From positions 1-5,093 of the forward strand of contig NW_021830135.1 of assembly GCF_006345805.1 (NCBI RefSeq): 5,093 bases of DNA. The letters run 5' to 3'. This stretch comes from Octopus sinensis. Its lineage: Eukaryota. The position numbers and the translations under genes were made by a program. Shown here piece after piece: positions 1 through 5,093 of this stretch. Every line of letters starts with the position of its first letter. Position 1 is the first letter of the stretch. The notes under the pieces are model-generated. The model saw only the letters and a list, made by a program, of their open reading frames with translations. It had not been told where the DNA came from and made no database searches.

Positions 1-195
1 TTGGTGTTTTTATGTGCCACCGACACAGGTGCCAGATGAGGCTGGCGGACGGCCACGATCGGATGGTGTTTGTTATGTGCCCACATCACAGAGGCCAGTC
101 GATGCGGTACTGGCTACGGCCACGTTCAGATGGTTTTCTTGTGTGCCACCGGTACTGGTACCACAAAGATACAAATTCCATTGATGTTCATCTAT

Positions 196-240
196 TTTGA
201 TTTGGTTTGATTTGATTTGATTTGATTTTGATTTGATTTT
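196..240 (+). repeat. (ATTTG)n-like pentamer microsatellite inside the array unit; shorter versions at ~481-501, ~886-906, ~1251-1281
   Basis: tttgatttggtttgatttgatttgatttgattttgatttgatttt seen directly. Confidence 0.92.
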
Positions 241-501
241 CACTTGCCTCAACAGGTCTACACAAGTGTCACACACTTGCCTCAACAGGTCTTCACAAGT
301 GTCATAAGTAGGAAGGTATGCACAGGTGGACTGACTACGTCGCCGGGTCTTCGGATGGTGTTTTTTTGTGCCACCGACACAGGTGCCAGATGTGGCTGGC
401 GAACGGCCACGATCGGATGGTTTTCTTGTGTGCCACCGGTACTGGAACCACAAAGATACAACTTCCATTGATGTTCATCTATTTTGATTTGGTTTGATTT
501 T

Positions 502-645
502 CACTTGCCTCAACAGGTCTTCACAAGTGTCACACACTTGCCTCAACAGGTCTCCACAAGTGTCACACACTTGCCTCTGCCTCAACAGGTCTTCACAAAG
601 TGTCACACACTTGCCTCTGCCTCAACAGGTCTTCACAAGTGTCAT
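502..645 (+). repeat. Nested 33-40 bp minisatellite (cacttgcct[ctgcct]caacaggtcttcacaagtgtcaca), 4 copies; also 2 copies from 241, 3 from 907, 1 at 1282
   Basis: Sub-repeat starts at 241, 274; 502, 535, 568, 608; 907, 940, 973; 1282. Confidence 0.93.
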
Positions 646-1375
646 AAGAGGGAAGGTATGCACAGGTGGACTGACTACGTCGCCGGGTCTTTGGATGGTG
701 TTTTTATGTGCCACCGACACAGGTGCCAGATGAGGCTGGCGAACGGCCACGATCAGATGGTGTTTGTTGTGCCCACAGCACGGAGGCCAGTCGATGCGGT
801 ACTGGCTACGGCCACGTTCGGATGGTTTTCTTGTGTGCCACCGGTACTGGAACCACAAAGATACAAATTCCATTGATATTCATCTATTTTGATTTGGTTT
901 GATTTTCCCTTGCCTCAACAGGTCTTCACAAGGGTCACACACTTGCCTCAACAGGTCTCCACAAGTGTCACACACTTGCCTCTGCCTCAACAGGTCTTCA
1001 CAAGTGTCATAAGAGGGAAGGTATGCACAGGTGGACTGACTACGTCGCCGGGTCTTCGGATGGTGTCTTTATGTGCCACCGGCACAGGTGCCAGATGAGG
1101 CTGGCGGACGGCCACGATCGGATGGTGTTTGTTGTGCCCACAGCACGGAGGCCAGTCGATGCGGTACTGGCTACGGCCACGTTTGGGTGGTTTTCTTGTG
1201 TGCCACCGGCACTGGTACCACAAAGAATACAATTCCACTGATGTTCATCTATTTTGATTTGTTTTGATTTGATTTGATTTTCACTTGCCTCAACAGGTCT
1301 TCATAAGTGTCACAAGAAGGAAGGTATGCACGGGACTGACTACGTCCCAGGTAGGGGCCACGGGTTATGGCCTGA

Positions 1376-1459
1376 CTAGTCTTGCCGGGTCTTCTCACGC
1401 ACAGCATACTTCCATAGGTCTCGGTCTCTAGACATTTCCTTAGTGAGACCTAAAGTTCG
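1376..1459 (-). pseudogene. Remnant C-terminal 27 codons plus stop of an RTE-like LINE ORF
   Basis: Hand translation: cga act tta ggt ctc act aag gaa atg tct aga gac cga gac cta tgg aag tat gct gtg cgt gag aag acc cgg caa gac tag. Not in the ORF track (too short). No RT catalytic motifs remain. Confidence 0.75.
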
Positions 1460-1460
1460 A

Positions 1461-1500
1461 ATATATATATATATATATATATTTAATATATATATATATA
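1461..1500. repeat. (AT)n microsatellite, interrupted once
   Basis: atatatatatatatatatatatttaatatatatatatata seen directly. Confidence 0.97.
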
Positions 1501-1503
1501 CAC

Positions 1504-1645
1504 TATCATTGTCATTTAACTTACATTTTCCTTGCTGTGGGTTGGACAGTTTGACATGGAACTTGCCAACTGGCCAAACTCCAGTCGTTTGTTATGGCAT
1601 GGTTTGTACAAGTGAATGCCTTTCCTAATGCCAACCACTTAACAG
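1504..1645 (-). mobile_element. Degenerate SINE/RTE-type 3' tail, copy 1
   Basis: Reverse complement contains 'ggttggcattaggaaaggcattc' and 'tcaaactgtccaaccc', homologous to the plus-strand tail at 4308-4450. Remnant (cat)n end at ~1504-1516. Confidence 0.8.
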
Positions 1646-2189
1646 AATGTGTTGGTTGCTTACTATGTGTCATTTGCACCTGGAAGAACAAGACTATGAA
1701 TGGAAGACAGCAATTTTAATTAGTATGACACTAAAATTTTAAAAATGCCGAATATTTTCTCTGTTACAATCATTGCCTACTTAAAATAGTTACAACAGTT
1801 AACATGTTTGATGGACTTTTGTCCTACACTATTTTTTCAAACATAGTGTATTTAAGACATGGAATGATGTAAAGGAAATTTGGCTTCTATTTCAGGCAGG
1901 TTGAGCTACTGTATAAAGGCTCCCAAATAGCTTTATGTATAATTCATGTGTAGTTCTTGTTTTATTTAATTGTTGCCAAATACTCAAAGCTTATTCTTAT
2001 CGAATTTCTCTTGTAAAATTTACTTCAGGAAGCCTTTTGTGCAGAGACTATTGATAGAATGCTTGGGATCTGCCAGCAATAGATACGTCACATGAAGAGA
2101 GGTTGGTCAACACAAAGAAATTCTCTATCAAAAAGATAATATATCAAAGATAAATGCATCATATTCTGATTATAATTGTGAGAATGAAT

Positions 2190-2390
2190 ATCATCATCAT
2201 CATCATCTTCATTGTCATTTAACATCCGTTTTCCATGCTGGCATGAGTTGGACAGTTTGACTGGATCTAGCAAGCCAGAAGCTGGCACCAGGCATCACTG
2301 TCTGTTTTGGCATGGCTTCTATGGCTGGATGCTCTTCCTAACACCAACCACTTTACAACGTGAACTGGATGCTTTTTATTTGGCACCAGA
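2190..2390 (-). mobile_element. SINE/RTE-type 3' tail with (CAT)n terminus, copy 2
   Basis: (tca)n at 2191-2207, then 'tttaacatccgttttccatgctggcatgagttggacagtttgac'. The reverse complement of 2221-2260 matches 4395-4434 at 33/40 positions by hand. Continues to 'tgctttttatttggcacc', a decayed cassette. Confidence 0.88.
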
Positions 2391-2535
2391 TCTGCTGGAG
2401 TCATTCAGTAATTCACTACACAAAGATCTTCTGTATTGGAGGAGGTGGGTTTGTGTCAGGTGATGAGAGGTTATAGTGTGACAGAGGGACAGAAACTGGT
2501 GTGTTGGTGTAGAGGAGATACATGGTTATCCAGTC

Positions 2536-2683
2536 AGAGGGAGAGACCGAGAGAGAGAAGAGAGACGAAAGATCAAGAATGAGAGAGAGACTGGAAGAGA
2601 GTGAGAGTGTGAGAGAACATGAGAGAAAAGGGTGAGAGAGAGCAAGAGTGAGAAAGGTGAGAGAGAGAGAGAGAGAGAGAGAG
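2536..2683 (+). repeat. GA-rich polypurine tract ending in perfect (GA)12 at 2659-2682
   Basis: Almost only G/A on the + strand; seen directly. Confidence 0.92.
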
Positions 2684-3050
2684 TGATGGTGATGAAGTGC
2701 CAGGGCATACCTCAAGGTACAGGGATCGAAATATAAATGGGATGGTAGAATATTTCCAAGGGTGCATGAGCAGGAAGTAAGGACTTGACATGAATGCAGA
2801 GAGCAGGGAGAAGGGGAATATGGTGACTGGTGAAACTTGGGTATATAGAGGAGGTGAGGGACAACAGGATGGCATTGTTACAAGGGGCAGGGTAGTGAGG
2901 ACAGGATTGGGGTGTGAAAGATAAGAATATATTCTTGTTTATTTGCACTGGAGATAATAACTACTGAAAAATGTTGTGATCAAAGACAGAAGACATAAGG
3001 GAGTGATGTGAAAGATATCTCTTGACAAATTAAACATAATTTATATTTAT

Positions 3051-3240
3051 CACCCCAGACAAAATGCTTAGCAGTATTTCATTTGTCTTTACATTCAAAG
3101 TTCAGATTCTACAAAGGTTGACTTAGTCTTTCATCCTTTCAGAGTGATAAAATAAACACCAGTTCAACATTGGGGTTAATGTAATCAAGTAGCTTCCTCC
3201 CCCAAATTTCAGGCTTTGCACCTATAGTAGAAAGTATTAT
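3051..3240 (+). mobile_element. Decayed tRNA-related SINE with 5' A-box region missing
   Basis: B-box-like gttcagattct at 3100-3110, followed by 'gttgacttagtctttcatcctttcagagtgataaaataaacaccagt' and ending 'aaatttcaggctttgcacctatagtagaaagtattat'. This resembles an abundant octopus SINE as I recall it; not database-verified. Confidence 0.68.
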
Positions 3241-3445
3241 ATTTATTACATTTTTTCCGGTTGAATTTGCCTTATTTTTTCAGTGTTTTTGTGATTTTCA
3301 TGTAGATGGCTGGTATTGTGGCACACCTGACAGAATGTTAGGATTCAAAGAATTAAACAAATTTCATAATAATTTATAGCAAAGTGTTTCAGGATGTTTC
3401 TTCAAAAGTTTTCAGTGTGTGATATTTAAAAATTTCATTAATTAA

Positions 3446-3465
3446 TTTTTTTTTTAATTTTATAG
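3446..3465 (+). other. 3' splice acceptor (poly-T tract plus TAG)
   Basis: ttttttttttaattttatag immediately before the Ig-coding frame. Confidence 0.85.
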
Positions 3466-3714
3466 ATCCACCTGATATTACTGCACCAGAGAATGTGACA
3501 TTATTTGAGAATCAAGCATCCATTATAGACTGTAATGCAAAAGGAAACCCTACCCCAGAAGTGTGGTTGGAGGATGAAAATCGAACGTTCCTTTCAAATT
3601 CTATATTAACTTTTAATCGTAAAAATATCAGTCGTGTTTCCTGCACTGTCATTGCAAAGAGCGAAAGGAATGGAAATTTGACAGCCAGAAAGGAAATTAA
3701 TATCCTGTTGAAAT
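3466..3714 (+). CDS. Internal coding exon (phase 1-1, 249 nt) of a cell-surface/secreted Ig-superfamily protein; one Ig-like domain
   Basis: AG|AT CCA CCT...TTG AAA T|GTATGT. Translation xPPDITAPENVTLFENQASIIDCNAKGNPTPEVWLEDENRTFLSNSILTFNRKNISRVSCTVIAKSERNGNLTARKEINILLK. It has the CxAxGNPxPxVW B/C-strand motif, a second Cys, and four N-glycosylation sequons (NVT, NRT, NIS, NLT). Phase 1-1 one-domain exons are typical of IgSF genes. The gene cannot be named from one exon. Confidence 0.88.
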
Positions 3715-3720
3715 GTATGT
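3715..3720 (+). other. 5' splice donor GTATGT
   Basis: Canonical GT donor at the end of the Ig G-strand; simple repeats follow shortly after. Confidence 0.82.
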
Positions 3721-3737
3721 TAAATATAAATATTTGT

Positions 3738-3805
3738 TCCTCCTCCCCTCCTCCTCCTACTACTACTACTTACTACTACTACTACTACTGTTACTACTAC
3801 TACTA
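3738..3805 (+). repeat. Compound microsatellite (CCT)n(TAC)n
   Basis: tcctcctcccctcctcctcctactactactacttactactactactactactgttactactactactat seen directly. Confidence 0.95.
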
Positions 3806-3847
3806 TCACTAATATCCTCACCATCATCAAATGTCTTTTACTTCTTT

Positions 3848-3960
3848 GTATAAATTCTCAGATTGAGTGGCATATTGTGTCCTTGGGCAAAGCACATCAC
3901 TTCACATTGCTCTAGTCTACTCAGCTGAAAATGACTACCAGCTAAGTGCTGGTGCAGCCC
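3848..3960 (+). mobile_element. CORE-like tRNA-SINE fragment
   Basis: 'ttgtgtccttgggcaaagcacatcacttcacattgctctagtctactcagctgaaaatgactacc' resembles the conserved tgtg(t/a)ccttgggcaag central domain of CORE-type SINEs. Possible decayed B box gtataaattc at 3848-3857. Confidence 0.6.
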
Positions 3961-4061
3961 TCTCTCTCTTCAAGCAACACCTCCTTGATGATCTACTGGG
4001 TCAAGAGTGGGTACACTGAGAGGGCATTTATGTCTCCTTGTGATTGCATAAGTGTCTAAAA

Positions 4062-4095
4062 TCATCTTCACTTGTGAGTCATCTTCACTTGTGAG
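4062..4095 (+). repeat. Perfect 17-bp tandem duplication (tcatcttcacttgtgag)x2
   Basis: 4062-4078 is identical to 4079-4095. Confidence 0.95.
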
Positions 4096-4137
4096 CGACA
4101 CGCATGGATTTGTCATATTCTTACCATCTTTAAGCAA

Positions 4138-4450
4138 CCCTGTGTCGATGGCATGTAAAAACCACCACTGGAGCATGGTCATTGCCAGTGCTGGCTCCTG
4201 TGCCAGTGACACATAAAAAGCATCAATCGAGGTGGTCGATACCAGTATCGCCTGACTGGCCCTCATACTGGTGGCACATAAAAAGCACCCACTACAGTCT
4301 CAGAGTGGTTGGCATTAGGAAAGGCATCGAGCTGTAGAAACCATGCCAGATCAGATTGGAACCTGGTGCAGCCTTCTGGCTTGCCAGTCCTCAGTCGAAC
4401 CGTCCAATGCATGCCAGCATGGAAAGTGGACGTTAAACTATGATGATGAT
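4138..4450 (+). mobile_element. SINE/RTE-type 3' region: three decayed cassettes plus shared tail ending (GAT)n
   Basis: Cassettes at 4141 (tgtgtcgatggcatgtaaaaaccacc), 4199 (tgtgccagtgacacataaaaagcatc) and 4265 (catactggtggcacataaaaagcacc). Then 'gagtggttggcattaggaaaggcatcgagctgtagaaac...catgccagcatggaaagtggacgttaaactatgatgatgat'. The 5' boundary is uncertain and may extend toward ~3990. Confidence 0.88.
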
Positions 4451-4660
4451 CATCATCATTATTATCATTGTCTTATGCCTATTTTTCCATGCTGGCATGA
4501 GTTAGAAGGATTTGTTCCACCTCAGCCCTTGCCACTTGTCATAGTCCATCATCATCTGATATTCCTTACATCATCTCTCTCTGGTGTATATGATTTGTTT
4601 TATGCTAGGGGGTTGTGATAGGTTTTACAGCTGAATGCCCTTCCTATCATTCCTATCACC
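4451..4660 (-). mobile_element. Inverted, rearranged copy of the same tail, joined tail-to-tail
   Basis: (cat)n at 4451-4459, 'tttccatgctggcatgagtt' from 4484, and 'ggttttacagctgaatgcccttccta' from 4621. The middle (~4505-4615) does not match the other copies. Confidence 0.62.
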
Positions 4661-5008
4661 AATCATTCTGCAATGGAATTCAGTCTTTTTGATCAGTAAA
4701 GCGGTTTATTATTTAAGGAAGGAGTGTAGTCATGAAATCAATACTACTTCATCAGTTAAAAGTAAGGAAAAATAAAGTCAGCCTGTGTGGAACTGAAGAG
4801 GACAAAACTGATTAATATTAAGGTCGTAGTCACTATAAAAGGTAGGTTTCACAATTTCTGGTAATATATCCTGAAAACCCACATAACCTAACTGAAACAG
4901 TATCCTAAAGACTACCTTTTCGCTTCAGAAGTAGAAAATATTTCAGCTTTTGAGCAATTACTGATTTTCTATAAAATTCAAGTAAGATCCACAAAGAATT
5001 ACTGCTCT

Positions 5009-5058
5009 TACACCCAGGACAGATTTGCTATTACATCCCCTACACCCAGGACAGATTT
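5009..5058 (+). repeat. 18-bp direct repeat tacacccaggacagattt x2 with 14-bp spacer
   Basis: 5009-5026 is identical to 5041-5058. Confidence 0.93.
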
Positions 5059-5093
5059 TCTCAGTGAAAGCCCCCCTAATTGATAATGATTCA

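Larger units (their letters stand above)
1..1346 (-). repeat. Tandem array of at least 4 units (~300-365 bp) derived from the LINE 3' UTR
   Basis: Anchor 'ggaaggtatgcac' recurs at 311, 651, 1016 and 1319 (spacings 340, 365, 303). The cassette start '(a)tggtg...tgtgccaccg' recurs at 1, 355, 695 and 1060. The array runs off the left edge. Confidence 0.97.
1..1460 (-). mobile_element. 5'-truncated RTE-clade LINE: ORF C-terminus plus tandemly amplified 3' UTR (true 3' end lies left of the window)
   Basis: Minus strand 1459-1376 reads RTLGLTKEMSRDRDLWKYAVREKTRQD*, matching the LGL...DRxxWRxxV-type C-terminus I recognise from RTE-clade ORFs. It is followed in element sense by a UTR with 'gtgccggtggcacataaa' cassettes. 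Upstream of the peptide the sequence breaks abruptly into (AT)n at 1461, as expected for 5' truncation. Confidence 0.78.

Noticed and set aside
12-1267. Eleven 62-131 aa ORFs on both strands in the array
   Set aside because: They are translations of the tandem repeat in several overlapping frames, change frame between units and resemble no protein family. The real coding remnant is 1459-1376.
241-1310. CRISPR-like reading of the 33-bp repeats
   Set aside because: The repeats are directly adjacent with no unique spacers, there are no cas genes, and the context is eukaryotic.
1-1346. Retrozyme or known self-cleaving ribozyme (unit size fits metazoan retrozymes; fragments echo twister 'gccggu...auaaaa', HDV 'ccagccuc' and pistol 'ggccacguu')
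   Set aside because: No CUGANGA...GAAA hammerhead core on either strand of the array, and I could not complete the twister, HDV or pistol pairings by hand. An Infernal/Rfam scan would be decisive.
1443-1628. 61-aa ORF MRPKVRIYIYIY...
   Set aside because: Runs through (AT)n and the antisense of a SINE tail.
2088-2948. ORFs with poly-D, poly-H and SL repeats
   Set aside because: Products of (CAT)n and (GA)n microsatellites.
3306-3380. Possible extra exon after tgtag (xGWYCGTP..., vaguely Ig F-strand-like)
   Set aside because: The frame hits TAG at about 3377-3379 with no GT donor before it, and the spacing does not fit D-x-G-x-Y-x-C.
3495-3812. 105-aa ORF as a stand-alone gene
   Set aside because: It starts at an internal GTG and reads through the donor into (CCT)n(TAC)n. 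Only 3466-3714 is supported as an exon.
4318-4347. Second possible pseudoknot in the shared tail (GGA..GGCA-UCC...UGCC)
   Set aside because: S1 is only 3 bp and is broken in this copy, and S2 is broken in two of the other three copies. Not supportable from this window.
3970-4618. 98-aa (-) and 91-aa (+) ORFs
   Set aside because: They lie within decayed SINE/LINE tail sequence and show no recognisable domain.
4793-4847. CUGAAGAG hammerhead-like start, TATAAAAG box and AAG|GTAGGT donor-like site
   Set aside because: No GAAA follows a stem II. Short motifs like these are expected by chance in AT-rich DNA. The nearest candidate acceptor (4755) gives stops in all three frames.

Overview
Eukaryotic, repeat-rich, mostly intronic DNA; no prokaryotic operon or CRISPR array. 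The repeats resemble, from recall and not from a database search, those of octopus/coleoid cephalopods. Only one host coding segment is supported: a 249-nt phase 1-1 exon (3466-3714, +) encoding a divergent, glycosylated immunoglobulin-like domain. Positions 1-1460 hold a minus-strand, 5'-truncated RTE-type LINE. It keeps the last 27 codons of its ORF (1459-1376), and its 3' UTR is amplified into at least 4 tandem units of ~300-365 bp with nested 33-bp and pentamer VNTRs. The rest is decayed SINE/LINE tails sharing a 'catgccagcatggaaa...(gat)n' 3' end, two tRNA-type SINE fragments and microsatellites. The best candidate for something undescribed is a ~60-65 nt cassette present 11 times in the array and 3 times (decayed) at 4141-4289. 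In element sense it can fold as a variable-loop hairpin plus a compact H-type pseudoknot with an A-rich loop. This is a by-eye prediction. Nearly all ORFs in the supplied track are spurious repeat translations.
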